A stretch of 64,000 bases of DNA from the NCBI GenBank assembly GCA_943788935.1, contig CALSSE010000016.1, positions 1,759 through 65,758 of the forward strand, given 5' to 3'. This document shows, in pieces, positions 39,496-49,316 of this stretch. The translations under genes and the position numbers were made by a program. The stretch is from an uncultured bacterium (GTDB taxonomy: Bacteria > Myxococcota_A > Bradymonadia > UBA7976 > VGTA01). The notes under the pieces were generated by a model. It had not been told where the DNA came from and ran no database searches. It worked only from the letters and a program-made list of their open reading frames with translations. Numbering within the stretch: the stretch's first letter is position 1; each line of letters opens with the position of its first letter.

Positions 39496-41175
39496 ATGAG
39501 TCTTGAACAGAGCTCTCATCTCGATCTCATTCGCCGAGTCAGGACACTTGAATCTGCGGTGCGAGAGAGCTCACGGAGGGCAAAAGGTAAATTTGCCAAG
39601 CGCGGGCAGCTCACTCCAAGAGCTAGACTTAACCGACTATTAGATCCCGCGACTCCTCTCCTTGAGCTGTCGACGTTAGCTGGCTTGGGGATGCATGATG
39701 ACAAAGCTATAGCTAGCTTTAAAGTTAATACACATACCGAGAAGGAGGTTGGAAAAGAGACCGGAAAAGAGACCGGAAAAGAGACCGAGATAGAGAAGCC
39801 GTTAGGGGGGAGTGGAATATCAGCGATCGGTTGGGTGAGCGGACTCCGCGTCGTGATCTATGTTCATGATGCCTCCATTAAAGGAGGGGCGATCTCCCCC
39901 ATGGGAGTGAAAAAACTTCTCCGCGCTCAGCAGATCGCGTTAGAGAATGCTCTCCCTATGATCACCCTAGCGGAGAGTGCTGGCGCTAATCTTAGCTACC
40001 AGTCAGAGCTGTTCGTAGAAGGGGGGAAGACTTTCGCTAATCAAGCACGGTTATCAGCGAAAGGGATTCCTCAACTGACCATTGTTCATGGTTCTAGTAC
40101 GGCTGGAGGAGCTTATATTCCTGGTTTATCTGATTTGGTGATCATGGTGAAAGAGCGAGCGAAGGTTTTTCTGGCAGGACCACCACTGGTCGCTGCGGCG
40201 ACCGGTGAAGTCGTCGACGACGAGACCCTTGGCGGAGCTGAAATGCATGGTGAAATTACCGGGTCAGCCGAGTGGGTGGCTGAGGATGACCAAGAGGCGA
40301 TTCTGATGGCTCGACGATGGTTGAGAACGATTTACTCGAGCTTATCTCCTAGGCAGGTTGAGTGTCTCACTCATTCCTTATATTTAGATTCAGCATCCTC
40401 GACGTTAAGCTCTCAAGAGGTTTTAAAGAGGGTACCTGTTGATTTTAGAGTTCCCTATGACCCACGTGCTCTCTTGGAGGTGATCGCAGATCATAGGGAA
40501 ATAGACGAGTTCAAACCCCATTTTGGTCAAGATATGGTGGTCGGCTTAATGAAATGTTATGGCCAACCTGTTGCATTTCTCTGTAATCATGGCCCTATCT
40601 TTCCCCAAGGAGCGAGTAAAGCGGCTCAGTGGATCGCTCTCTCTTGCCAGCGGGGCTGGCCTTTAGTATTTTTTCAAAATACGACTGGATTCATGGTGGG
40701 CTCTCAAGCAGAGCGAGACGGGATCGTAAAGCGTGGTTCAGCTCTGATTCAAGCGGTCACGAACGCCACAGTACCCAAGGTGACCTTTCTTATTGGAGGC
40801 TCATTTGGCGCTGGTCATTATGCGATGTGTGGTCGTCCCTTTGATCCTCGATTTATCTTTGCTTGGCCCAACCAACGCTTGGCGGTCATGGGTGGCGCTC
40901 AAGCGGCGGGAGTCTTTGATCAAATTGCCTCGCGAGCAGGTATGCCCCAAGCTAAAAGAGATGCACAGCGGATTAGAATTGAATCACAATTTGATCGTGA
41001 ATCTACTTCGCTATTCGCTACCGCAAGACTCTGGGATGATGGTATTATCGATCCCAGAGACACTCGGCGTGTTTTAGGTGAGACGCTCTCAATCTTTGAA
41101 TGGGAGCGCTCATGGAGAGCGTCCAAGAAGACTCGCGATCTAGGTGAATTTCCTCTAGGGGTCGCTAGATTGTGA
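39496..41175 (+). CDS. Acyl-CoA carboxylase carboxyltransferase (beta) subunit, methylcrotonyl-CoA carboxylase-like, with an inserted (GKET)3 repeat
   Basis: ARLNRLLDPATPLLELSTLAG, GGAYIPGLSDLVIMV..AKVFLAGPPLV, and two carboxyltransferase halves. Assigned to MCC rather than PCC by operon context (IVD-like ACAD, hydratase, biotin carboxylase). Tandem 12-nt x3 insert at ~39748-39792. Confidence 0.8.
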   Translation: MSLEQSSHLDLIRRVRTLESAVRESSRRAKGKFAKRGQLTPRARLNRLLDPATPLLELSTLAGLGMHDDKAIASFKVNTHTEKEVGKETGKETGKETEIEKPLGGSGISAIGWVSGLRVVIYVHDASIKGGAISPMGVKKLLRAQQIALENALPMITLAESAGANLSYQSELFVEGGKTFANQARLSAKGIPQLTIVHGSSTAGGAYIPGLSDLVIMVKERAKVFLAGPPLVAAATGEVVDDETLGGAEMHGEITGSAEWVAEDDQEAILMARRWLRTIYSSLSPRQVECLTHSLYLDSASSTLSSQEVLKRVPVDFRVPYDPRALLEVIADHREIDEFKPHFGQDMVVGLMKCYGQPVAFLCNHGPIFPQGASKAAQWIALSCQRGWPLVFFQNTTGFMVGSQAERDGIVKRGSALIQAVTNATVPKVTFLIGGSFGAGHYAMCGRPFDPRFIFAWPNQRLAVMGGAQAAGVFDQIASRAGMPQAKRDAQRIRIESQFDRESTSLFATARLWDDGIIDPRDTRRVLGETLSIFEWERSWRASKKTRDLGEFPLGVARL

Positions 41176-41190
41176 TTAAAATATAAGTGC

Positions 41191-42408
41191 TTGGCGCGAG
41201 CCGACACCGCAGAGAGGAATGAACCCATGAGATGGACCGCTGAACATCAAGCGCTACGAGAGAGCGTGCATACTTTTGTCGATCGAGAGATCAATCCTTA
41301 TGCCGATCAATGGGAAGAAGAAGGGATATTTCCGGCTCATCAAGTGTTTAAAGCTGCTGGTAAACAAGGACTATTGGGGATCACGAAGCCTGAGGCATAT
41401 GGAGGGTCAGGACTCGATTTTTCATTTACCGTGGTTATGGCAGAGGCGCTCGCCCGCTCAAAAAGTTCTGGCGTTGCTTTAGCGATTGGGGTGCAAACAG
41501 ATATGTGTACTCCTGCCCTTAGTGTGTATGGGAGCGAGGAGCTTAAACGAGATTTCCTAGCCCCTTCAGTCGCAGGGGACTTGGTAGGGTGCATTGGAGT
41601 GAGTGAAGCGGGAGGAGGATCTGATGTCGCCGCACTGAAGACCTATGCCCGTCGAGTTGGTGATGATTATGTGATCAATGGCCATAAAATGTGGATCACT
41701 AATGGGGTCCAAGCAGACTGGATGTGCGCGTTGGTCAACACCTCTGAAGGGCAACCTCATCGAAATAAATCATTGATTATTATTCCGATGGACACCAAGG
41801 GAGTACAGGTAGAGAAGAAGCTAGACAAGATGGGGATGCGGGCCTCTGACACTGCGGTCATTCATTTTGATGAGGTGAAGGTCCCACAAAGGTTTTTGAT
41901 TGGAGAGCGAGAGGGGGAGGGCTTTAAGCAACAGATGTCTCAATTTCAAGATGAGCGCTTATGGGGGGCGGCTAACGCGGTAGCCATTATGGAGGAGGCG
42001 CTTAGGATGACCGTAGAGTATGCTCAACAGAGATATACTTTCGGCCAACCGCTAATCGCTAATCAAGTGATCCAACATCGACTCGCTGAATTAAGTACTG
42101 AGGTACAAGCGCTCAAAGCGCTCACTTATCGGGCAGTAGAGTTGCATATGGAGCTTGGAGGGATGGATATGAGCGTGGTTCGCTTAGCCTCCATGGCTAA
42201 ACTTAAAGCCGGTCGCTTGAGCCGAGAGTTACTCGATGTTTGTGTGCAGTTTCATGGTGGGATGGGTTACGTCACTGAGAGCTTGATCAATCGGCTGTAC
42301 AGAGATGTGCGAGTCATCTCGATTGGGGGAGGTGCTGATGAGGTCATGTTAGGCTTGATCGCTAAACAAGAGGGTTTTGTTCCTCTTCGTAAAGAAAGAC
42401 ACTCATGA
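41191..42408 (+). CDS. Acyl-CoA dehydrogenase (isovaleryl-CoA dehydrogenase-like)
   Basis: ACAD N-terminal and middle motifs (MRWTAEHQALRESV..., ..GCIGVSEAGGGSDVAALKT.A..., ...WITNG...). 405 aa. Confidence 0.85.
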   Translation: MARADTAERNEPMRWTAEHQALRESVHTFVDREINPYADQWEEEGIFPAHQVFKAAGKQGLLGITKPEAYGGSGLDFSFTVVMAEALARSKSSGVALAIGVQTDMCTPALSVYGSEELKRDFLAPSVAGDLVGCIGVSEAGGGSDVAALKTYARRVGDDYVINGHKMWITNGVQADWMCALVNTSEGQPHRNKSLIIIPMDTKGVQVEKKLDKMGMRASDTAVIHFDEVKVPQRFLIGEREGEGFKQQMSQFQDERLWGAANAVAIMEEALRMTVEYAQQRYTFGQPLIANQVIQHRLAELSTEVQALKALTYRAVELHMELGGMDMSVVRLASMAKLKAGRLSRELLDVCVQFHGGMGYVTESLINRLYRDVRVISIGGGADEVMLGLIAKQEGFVPLRKERHS

Positions 42409-43259
42409 GCCCATCGCTGATCATAAGACAACATGGACCTCTCCTCTCCTTGACTCTCAACCGTCCTCAGTCTCGTAATGCGCTTAATCGTGACCTTCTA
42501 GAGCAACTGATCACTCTCTTTAGAGAACTCGGTGATCAGCCACAAGAGGTAGATGTGGTGGTATTGAGAGGAGCAGGTGGACACTTCTGCGCTGGTGGTG
42601 ATGTAAGGGAGATGAGCTCTATGATCAGCGCGGTGAGGCAGGGTAAAGATCAACTAGATAGTATCCATCAGCTAAATGCTCTGTATGGTAAGCTCCTCTC
42701 TTTAGCAGAAGCTCTCCCTCAAACGCTGATTACCTTGATTGAGGGGGCGGTGAGAGGAGGAGGAATGGGACTCGCTTGTGTCTCTGACTATGCGATCGCT
42801 CACCATGAGAGCAGCTTCGGGCTCCCCGAAGCCCGTCTAGGGTTAGTCCCCGCTCAAGTGGCTCCTTCAGTTATAAAAAGAGTGGGGTTATCTATCACTA
42901 AGCGATTGGCGCTGTGTGGAGATCAGATTAGCGCTCAAGAAGCCTTGAGAGTGGGGTTGATACATGACCTCTTTGAAACTGAAGAGCAGGGGGCTCAGCT
43001 CATCGAGATAATGATCGACAGCATATCCCATCTAGCGCCCCAAGCACGAGCGGAGACTAAGCGGCTCTTGCTCTCCCTCGCCGATGATCTGAGTATCGAT
43101 GATCACATTAATAAGGCTGCAGAGCAGTTTGTACAGGCGATCAACAGCCCAGAGTTTCTAGAGGGGAGCGAGGCGATGAGAGAGCGTCGACTGCCACTAT
43201 GGCGAGCTCGTTGGCATGGTGGTGCAGAGAAGAGTGCAGAGGAGAGCGCAGAGAGATGA
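42405..43259 (+). CDS. Enoyl-CoA hydratase/isomerase (crotonase) family, methylglutaconyl-CoA hydratase-like by context
   Basis: Crotonase motifs (VVVLRGAGGHFCAGGDVREM...; GGGMGLACVSDYAIA). ATGA overlap with both the upstream and downstream genes. Confidence 0.8.
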   Translation: MSPSLIIRQHGPLLSLTLNRPQSRNALNRDLLEQLITLFRELGDQPQEVDVVVLRGAGGHFCAGGDVREMSSMISAVRQGKDQLDSIHQLNALYGKLLSLAEALPQTLITLIEGAVRGGGMGLACVSDYAIAHHESSFGLPEARLGLVPAQVAPSVIKRVGLSITKRLALCGDQISAQEALRVGLIHDLFETEEQGAQLIEIMIDSISHLAPQARAETKRLLLSLADDLSIDDHINKAAEQFVQAINSPEFLEGSEAMRERRLPLWRARWHGGAEKSAEESAER

Positions 43260-45580
43260 AAAACGCAGAATCTGACCGGATATTGGTGATCGTTAATCGA
43301 GGTGAGATCGTCAAGAGGATCGCCAAGAGCGCTAAAAGTCTAGGATTTCAGGTTGTTACTGTTCATGGTCCTCATGACCGAGATGAGCCTCATGTCAAAG
43401 TGGGGGATCAGCGAATCAATTTGCTTCAGTTTGCCCTGTCGGTCAGTGAAGTCGATGAAGAGAGAGCGAGAGACCTGCTCGCTGCTGATGGGCCTCGCCT
43501 TTACCTAGAAGAAGACTTATTGATTAAAGTATGCTTGAGCGTGGGCGCGAGTCATGTTCACCCGGGCTATGGTTTCCTCTCTGAGCGGGCATCTTTCGCT
43601 CAAAAAGTGATCGACGCGGGTATGCGCTGGGTAGGACCCACGCCGCAAACGATGAAGATGCTCGGTGACAAAACCACTGCGCGGGAGGTCGCAGAGCGCG
43701 CCGGAGTATCGGTCGTTCCAGGAGTTGCTCCGAGAGTAGCCAACGACGAGGAACTAATAGAAGCAGCTCAGCAAGTTGGCGTCCCATTAATGATTAAGGC
43801 CGCTGCTGGTGGTGGAGGGAGAGGGATGAGGGTCGTCTCTCAGCTCGATGAGCTAGGTGAAGCGATCAAGAGCGCTCGTCGAGAAGCGCTGTTAGGGTTT
43901 GGCGATGACCGTTTACTGATCGAGAAATATATTCCGATCGCTCGACATGTGGAGGTTCAGCTCTTTGGTGACCAGCTGGGTCAGCTGGTACATCTAGGCG
44001 AGAGAGATTGTACCGTTCAGCGGCGTCAACAGAAGATCATCGAGGAATCTCCCGCGCCTGAGCTACCCGAAGAGCTAGCTCAAGAGCTGTATAATGACGC
44101 CTTGAAAATTGGCGCTCAAGTGTCTTTTGAGAGCGCAGGGACAGTAGAGTTTTTGCTCACTCCTGATGGACAACGATATTTCCTAGAGGTGAACACTCGA
44201 ATACAGGTTGAGCATCTGCTCACTGAGCTGCTCTACGAGGTTGACTTAGTGGAGTGGCAGTTGAGAGTTAGCGATGGTGAGGGGCTATGCTTTTCCCAAG
44301 ATGAGCTCAATAATAGACGAGGACGATCTCTAGGCCATCTCATTGAGCTGAGGCTATGCGCAGAGAGCCCTGATGCTCTGAGCCTCCCTCAGTCAGGTCC
44401 GATTATTTGGTGGCGAGCGCCACAGGGAGCGGAGTGTGTAGAGGAGGCTCTTGGCACAGCTGTGAGTCCTGAATTTGACTCGATGATCGCCAAGCTGATT
44501 TTCTCTGGTAAAGATCGTAATGAGGCGATTCAGCGGGCGCTCTACGGTTTAAAAACCATGCGTTTGATAGGGTTTGAACACAACGGACCACTCCTCGCTT
44601 ATCTGTTACAACATCAAGATTTCTCAGAGTCTCAGCATCACACAAAATGGTTCGAAGAGGTGGTGAGCGTTGCGGTAAATATGGGAGTCCCGGACCGGAG
44701 AGAACAATCGAGCCCTGAGCGAGGAGAACTTTCTATTACCTTAGAGCGAGAGATCGCCCTCTCTGCGCTGCTTCATTCTATACCTCTCAACCAGTTAGAG
44801 CTAGGCTCCTCAGAGTCTTGCAATGACGGCGCTTGGTCATCGAGCGCTGAGAGACAATGGAGCGTGGATCTCCATATCACGCCTGCCCGACCGAGCGGTT
44901 TATCTACTGTCACTCCTACTCTAATAGAACCACAGAGCTTCACGCTCTACATTGAGCCAATGTGGAATGGTCGAGGCTATAAGGTGATTGACTCTGAGGG
45001 ACTGATCGATATCCACTTTGAGGAAGTGAGGATTGATCTAGAGACGTCAAGTGTATGGTGGAGCGACCTCAAGGGAAGGTCAGTCAATATGGGAGTCGTC
45101 TTCACCATAGAGGCAGAACATCACCTCTATAGCTCTGCTTCATCAAACCATCGAGGGGGGATGAGTTGGCGTAGAGTATGGGAGAGGGCGGAGTGGGAGA
45201 ATCTTAATAAGTCCATATGGCTGGTCTCAGGAGGACTAGAGCTAAAAACAGCAATGAACGCTAAGAATATCACTTATCAAACCGCATTGGAGAGGAGGTC
45301 GTTGGATAGTGACTCTAGCCTCACCGATGAAGGACGATTGCAGCGTCTTCACCTCCTCGCTCCTCTATCAGGGCGTATGAGTCGAATCGTAGTAAATGAA
45401 GAGCTCTCTTATCCTCCACACACGACGGTGGCGATTATCGAGTCAATGAAACTTGAGTACCCTATTGTTTTAGAGGAGGCTGGAGAGATTAGGAGTTGGT
45501 TAGTGAGTGAAGGTGAGGTTGTAAAAAAAGATCAAAAACTCGCTTTGGTCCGTCCACATATGATCTTAGATGAGACATGA
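43256..45580 (+). CDS. Biotin carboxylase + biotin-carboxyl-carrier (alpha) subunit of acyl-CoA carboxylase, MCC-alpha-like, with an unusually long linker between the BC and BCCP domains
   Basis: ATP-grasp/biotin carboxylase N-terminus (ILVIVNRGEIV..., HPGYGFLSE..., MIKAAAGGGGRGMRV). C-terminal biotinyl motif AIIESMKLEYPI. I place the start at ATG 43256 (REMKNAESD) rather than the track's 43199, because it couples to the upstream stop (ATGA). Confidence 0.85.
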   Translation: MKNAESDRILVIVNRGEIVKRIAKSAKSLGFQVVTVHGPHDRDEPHVKVGDQRINLLQFALSVSEVDEERARDLLAADGPRLYLEEDLLIKVCLSVGASHVHPGYGFLSERASFAQKVIDAGMRWVGPTPQTMKMLGDKTTAREVAERAGVSVVPGVAPRVANDEELIEAAQQVGVPLMIKAAAGGGGRGMRVVSQLDELGEAIKSARREALLGFGDDRLLIEKYIPIARHVEVQLFGDQLGQLVHLGERDCTVQRRQQKIIEESPAPELPEELAQELYNDALKIGAQVSFESAGTVEFLLTPDGQRYFLEVNTRIQVEHLLTELLYEVDLVEWQLRVSDGEGLCFSQDELNNRRGRSLGHLIELRLCAESPDALSLPQSGPIIWWRAPQGAECVEEALGTAVSPEFDSMIAKLIFSGKDRNEAIQRALYGLKTMRLIGFEHNGPLLAYLLQHQDFSESQHHTKWFEEVVSVAVNMGVPDRREQSSPERGELSITLEREIALSALLHSIPLNQLELGSSESCNDGAWSSSAERQWSVDLHITPARPSGLSTVTPTLIEPQSFTLYIEPMWNGRGYKVIDSEGLIDIHFEEVRIDLETSSVWWSDLKGRSVNMGVVFTIEAEHHLYSSASSNHRGGMSWRRVWERAEWENLNKSIWLVSGGLELKTAMNAKNITYQTALERRSLDSDSSLTDEGRLQRLHLLAPLSGRMSRIVVNEELSYPPHTTVAIIESMKLEYPIVLEEAGEIRSWLVSEGEVVKKDQKLALVRPHMILDET

Positions 45581-45622
45581 CATAGAGACAGTCTTCCCTC
45601 ATGTCTTGACCAAGAGATAAGG

Positions 45623-46591
45623 GTGCTTAAGGTAAACACATCGGTGATGAGGACCGCCACATACTTAAAGGAGTATATGAGAGTGACGATAGATACAGAG
45701 TTAGAGGCCTCTCCCGCTAATAAAGATAAAGTCGTGATTACCTGTGCACTGACAGGAGTTCTTACAGACCCTCGGCAACATCCAGTGCCGGTGACTCCCC
45801 AAGAGATGGCAGCATCAGCGAAGCAGGCTTACGACCAAGGGGCCACGGTGATGCATGTTCACTTTCGGTCTCAAGAACCCAACAAAGGTCATTTACCCTC
45901 ATGGAGCCCCGAAGTCGCTCTAGAAATTACCGAGGCGATTCGTAGAGCATGCAGAGGAGTAATCATCAACATGAGTACGGGTGTGTTTGGAGCTGATATC
46001 TCTGACCCGGTCGCTTGTTTAAATGCGATTAAGCCAGAAATGGCTGCTTGTAATGCAGGGACCCTTAATTACCTAAAGACTCGACGCTCTGGCGAGTGGG
46101 CTTGGCCACCGATGGTTTTCGATAACCCCGTAGAGAAGGTAAAGGCTATGGTTGAGGCGATGGCAGTGACTCATACTTTACCGGAATTTGAGTGTTTTGA
46201 TGTCGGTATTATACGTTCTCTACAAATGTATATCGACAATGGTTGGGCGCCTCAACCACCCCACGCCAACTTGGTGATGGGTGTCTCTTCGGGGATGCCT
46301 GCTGATCCGCGTCTTCTAGAGATCATTATCAACTATCTTCCTCAGGGGAGTCCATGGCAGAGCACAGTGATCGGTCGGGGTGAGGTTTGGGATGTCCATC
46401 GACGAACCGCTGAATTAGGGGGTCATCTGCGTACCGGAGTTGAAGATACCTTTTACCTACCCAATGGCGATAAGTGCTCTGGGAATGGTGAACTCGTAGA
46501 GACCTTAGCGCGTTTCGCTCAGGAGGCCGGGAGGTCAGTCGCCTCAGTCGATGAGGCGCGGGCTATATTTGGTTTCTCTCAAACCGACTAG
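45623..46591 (+). CDS. BKACE-family (DUF849, 3-keto-5-aminohexanoate-cleavage-enzyme-like) beta-keto acid cleavage enzyme
   Basis: VVITCALTGVLTDPRQHPVPVTPQEMAASAKQAYDQGATVMHVHFR matches the BKACE N-terminal signature (..ITxAxTG....P.lP.TP.E.a..a..a..aGAa.vH.H.R). Confidence 0.7.
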   Translation: MLKVNTSVMRTATYLKEYMRVTIDTELEASPANKDKVVITCALTGVLTDPRQHPVPVTPQEMAASAKQAYDQGATVMHVHFRSQEPNKGHLPSWSPEVALEITEAIRRACRGVIINMSTGVFGADISDPVACLNAIKPEMAACNAGTLNYLKTRRSGEWAWPPMVFDNPVEKVKAMVEAMAVTHTLPEFECFDVGIIRSLQMYIDNGWAPQPPHANLVMGVSSGMPADPRLLEIIINYLPQGSPWQSTVIGRGEVWDVHRRTAELGGHLRTGVEDTFYLPNGDKCSGNGELVETLARFAQEAGRSVASVDEARAIFGFSQTD

Positions 46592-46710
46592 CCCTATATT
46601 CTTTCATCGATGACAACTTTAATTGAGATTATTTAGCTTATATCAGCTCACATCTAGCCCACCTCATCTAGGCTTTCATGGTGGGCTAACAACGACAGAA
46701 AAGAGGTTAT

Positions 46711-47850
46711 ATGAAACCTGCTCAACGCGCAGCGAAGATCAGACACACGATTCAACAGCTTCACAATGGTTATCAAGTCGGCTTTGCCGGTCAACCTCGA
46801 CTCAGCCGTTCAGCGGGTCAACTTGACGCTTGGGTTGTACAGCTCAGAGGGTTAGCACCTAAAGTAAAGGCGCTCCCCCCACAATTTCGTCAAGAGCTCA
46901 GCGACCAAATCAAGCAACGTATAGCTCTCTATTCTAAAGAAGCTATAGCGATTAGAGAGGCCCAAGAGATCAATCTCGTCTCTCAAATCGCTTATGGCCA
47001 TATAGAGTGGGCTAATCTACACAGTGATCGTTATCAGCGTCATTTTGCAGGCCAATCTCGGAATACTCGAGATGGAAGTTTACTCTCCGAGCTTATTGTT
47101 GAAGCCCAAGTGTGGTTACAGCAGACTAAAGATCACTTAGAGTCTAATCGTGAAGAGATGGAAGAGTCATCGGTCGCTGACTTAGAGAGCCGTATTGAGC
47201 GCTTGGCAGAGAGTGAGACGATGTATCAAGCAGAGTTGAAAGCGATCACTGAGTCGCAGCGAGAGGCGGGTACCGTTCAAGAGAGAGCAGATCTCTATGC
47301 TTTTCTCGCTAATCAATGCTTTCAACTGTATCGAGCTCATTTCTCAGGGCATAGTCGAAGCTCAAGAAGACTCGCTACGCTCGAGCGATGCAACACTCAA
47401 CTCGATTTGATCGCTTCTCAAATGAGGAGCTTACTCAAGGAGTCAAAGTCGGCGCTTGATCATAAAGAACGAGCAGAGAAGAACCTAGAGATCGTTGAAC
47501 AAAACCTTAAGGGTTATCAAGAAGAAGAGCAGCATATTGATCAAGCTCAGACTCCGCTCGATTACAATGGCTGGGTAAAGGGACTCGGTGAGGCGGCCCA
47601 GAAGGTATATGAAGAGTATGGCGCGAATTTCGCTAATAAGGCGCGCAGCAGCTGCGACCCACAGCTTTTATGTCAGCTCTGCGACCGTCTCTATGATATC
47701 GGGCTACAGCTGAGACCGTTTGTAGAGTATTCTCCAGAGCCTGAAGAGCGTGGAGTACTACTTCTCATGCTCGATCAGCTTAGACTATATCATCGTGAGT
47801 TTGTACTCGTCAGTGAGGCGGTTAAAGCCCAAGAAGAGGTTCGACACTAA
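46711..47850 (+). CDS. Hypothetical coiled-coil protein
   Basis: 379-aa ORF rich in E/Q/R/L heptad-like stretches. No recognisable catalytic motifs. Confidence 0.5.
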   Translation: MKPAQRAAKIRHTIQQLHNGYQVGFAGQPRLSRSAGQLDAWVVQLRGLAPKVKALPPQFRQELSDQIKQRIALYSKEAIAIREAQEINLVSQIAYGHIEWANLHSDRYQRHFAGQSRNTRDGSLLSELIVEAQVWLQQTKDHLESNREEMEESSVADLESRIERLAESETMYQAELKAITESQREAGTVQERADLYAFLANQCFQLYRAHFSGHSRSSRRLATLERCNTQLDLIASQMRSLLKESKSALDHKERAEKNLEIVEQNLKGYQEEEQHIDQAQTPLDYNGWVKGLGEAAQKVYEEYGANFANKARSSCDPQLLCQLCDRLYDIGLQLRPFVEYSPEPEERGVLLLMLDQLRLYHREFVLVSEAVKAQEEVRH

Positions 47851-47862
47851 AAGGAAGAATGA

Positions 47863-48783
47863 GTGATATTGATGGTCCGACTGCACAGCGCTTGCTTGAT
47901 CATATGTCTAGCGGTAGTGAGCTCTCGAGCAGCTCTGTGTTATGCTGAGGTGTCAGGCTTAGTGACCTCACCTTCACCTCAACAGGATATTGTCTCATAT
48001 AAGGACTGGTCTTTGGTTTTAAGCGTGGTGGTCGATAAACAGGGTAAAGTCTATTATCCGCGCTTCTTTGAGCCTAAGGTCAGACAAGCCTTCTCTCGTT
48101 TCTTGACTCTCTTAGAAGAGCCGCTACCAGCGGGCTATAGCAAAGAGGCTGAGATGAGTTATTGGCTCAACGCTTATAACGCACTTACCATGCGTCATGT
48201 CCTACGGTTTCCAGGGCTCGAGAGCGTGGCGATCGCCGTCAAAGGAGAGCCACGATATACTTTTTTTAAGCAGCGAGTTCATCTTGTTGGAGGAGAGAAA
48301 CGCTCTTTGGATGACATAGAGCATCAGCTGATCAGGCCTCGATTTAAGGACCCTAGAGTTCATATGGCGTTGAACTGCGCTTCTAAGTCATGTCCAGTCA
48401 TAACGAATATCCCTTTTATGGCGCAAACGCTCGATCAACAGTTAGACCATCTCGCAAGTAAGTTTGTTAATGATCCCTCACGTAATCAACTTAGATCTAC
48501 GTCAAGTCCAACATTACTGCGGCTCTCTAAACTCTTCTCGTGGTTTGGTGAGGATTTTAAATATCCCCTCAGCGTGGATGCTGTCGGTGATCGTACTGTT
48601 GGTGATCGCACTGTTGGTGATCGCACTGTCGACATTGAGAGAGGAGTCAAAGCATTTTTATGTAAGCATAGTGAGCTCAATATGTCGCTCATTGAAGACA
48701 GTCATATTCAATATCTAGAGTATGATTGGAGACTCAACGGTGTCCCGCCCGGGCACCATTGGACTAAGGACAAGCACGAATAG
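47863..48783 (+). CDS. DUF547-family protein with in-frame (VGDRT)3 repeat
   Basis: Signal-like N-terminus. YWLNAYNALTMRHVL...HMALNCASKSCP...FVNDP match DUF547 conserved blocks. 15-nt x3 repeat at 48583..48630. Confidence 0.6.
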   Translation: MILMVRLHSACLIICLAVVSSRAALCYAEVSGLVTSPSPQQDIVSYKDWSLVLSVVVDKQGKVYYPRFFEPKVRQAFSRFLTLLEEPLPAGYSKEAEMSYWLNAYNALTMRHVLRFPGLESVAIAVKGEPRYTFFKQRVHLVGGEKRSLDDIEHQLIRPRFKDPRVHMALNCASKSCPVITNIPFMAQTLDQQLDHLASKFVNDPSRNQLRSTSSPTLLRLSKLFSWFGEDFKYPLSVDAVGDRTVGDRTVGDRTVDIERGVKAFLCKHSELNMSLIEDSHIQYLEYDWRLNGVPPGHHWTKDKHE

Positions 48784-48846
48784 TTAGTGACTACGAGCTT
48801 ATTCACTATCCCAGATTCCACTACATACCCAAGCCTCTTCAAGTAG

Positions 48847-48919
48847 TGGAGCAGAGGGGGATCGAACCCCTGACCTCTTGACTGCCAGTCAAGTGCTCTC
48901 CCAGCTGAGCTACTGCCCC
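48847..48919 (-). tRNA. tRNA-Ala (anticodon GGC); CCA not encoded
   Basis: rc = GGGGCAGTAGCTCAGCTGGGAGAGCACTTGACTGGCAGTCAAGAGGTCAGGGGTTCGATCCCCCTCTGCTCCA. Canonical D-arm (GCTCAGCTGGGAGAGC), anticodon loop CTGGCAG, T-loop GGTTCGATCC, 7-bp acceptor stem with the G3:U70 Ala identity pair, discriminator A. Confidence 0.9.
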
Positions 48920-49132
48920 AAGACGGTTATCTTATAGACTTGCAGAAGAATCATGTCAAGTAGTAGTTGAGAGAGTATGGCGGAGTCAGCTGTGTTTGAA
49001 CGATATTTAAGGGGCTTGGTCAGATTTTCTGTAACTCTTACCCTAACCGATCAGTGACTCATGGGCTGAAGCTAGAGTGTTTTCGGATAAGTAAGCTCGG
49101 ACAAGTCAGAGATACACTCAAGTGGGATAGCT

Positions 49133-49200
49133 ACTCATGTTGTAGAGAGTTTGCTCATGTCGCAGAGAGTTCGCTCATGTCGCAGAGAGTTCGTTCAAGG
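49133..49200. repeat. Intergenic 20-nt tandem repeat x~3 (agagagttcgctcatgtcgc) downstream of tRNA-Ala / upstream of the PilZ-MTase gene
   Basis: agagagtttgctcatgtcgcagagagttcgctcatgtcgcagagagttcgttcaagg. Confidence 0.75.
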
Positions 49201-49316
49201 AGCGAAGGAAGACTATAAAAATGCTCTCTTTACTAATTAGGTATTTGACTCTTCGTAAATAAGCAGGTATTCAAGTGTAGGATAAAGTAATAATATAGAG
49301 CACAGGATCTTACAGT

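Noticed and set aside
43199-43255. Track start of the biotin-carboxylase ORF at 43199 (MASSLAWWCREECRGERREM…)
   Set aside because: The first 19 codons overlap the hydratase gene out of frame and look non-native. ATG at 43256 forms an ATGA overlap with the upstream stop and is followed immediately by the conserved ILVIVNRGEIV N-terminus.
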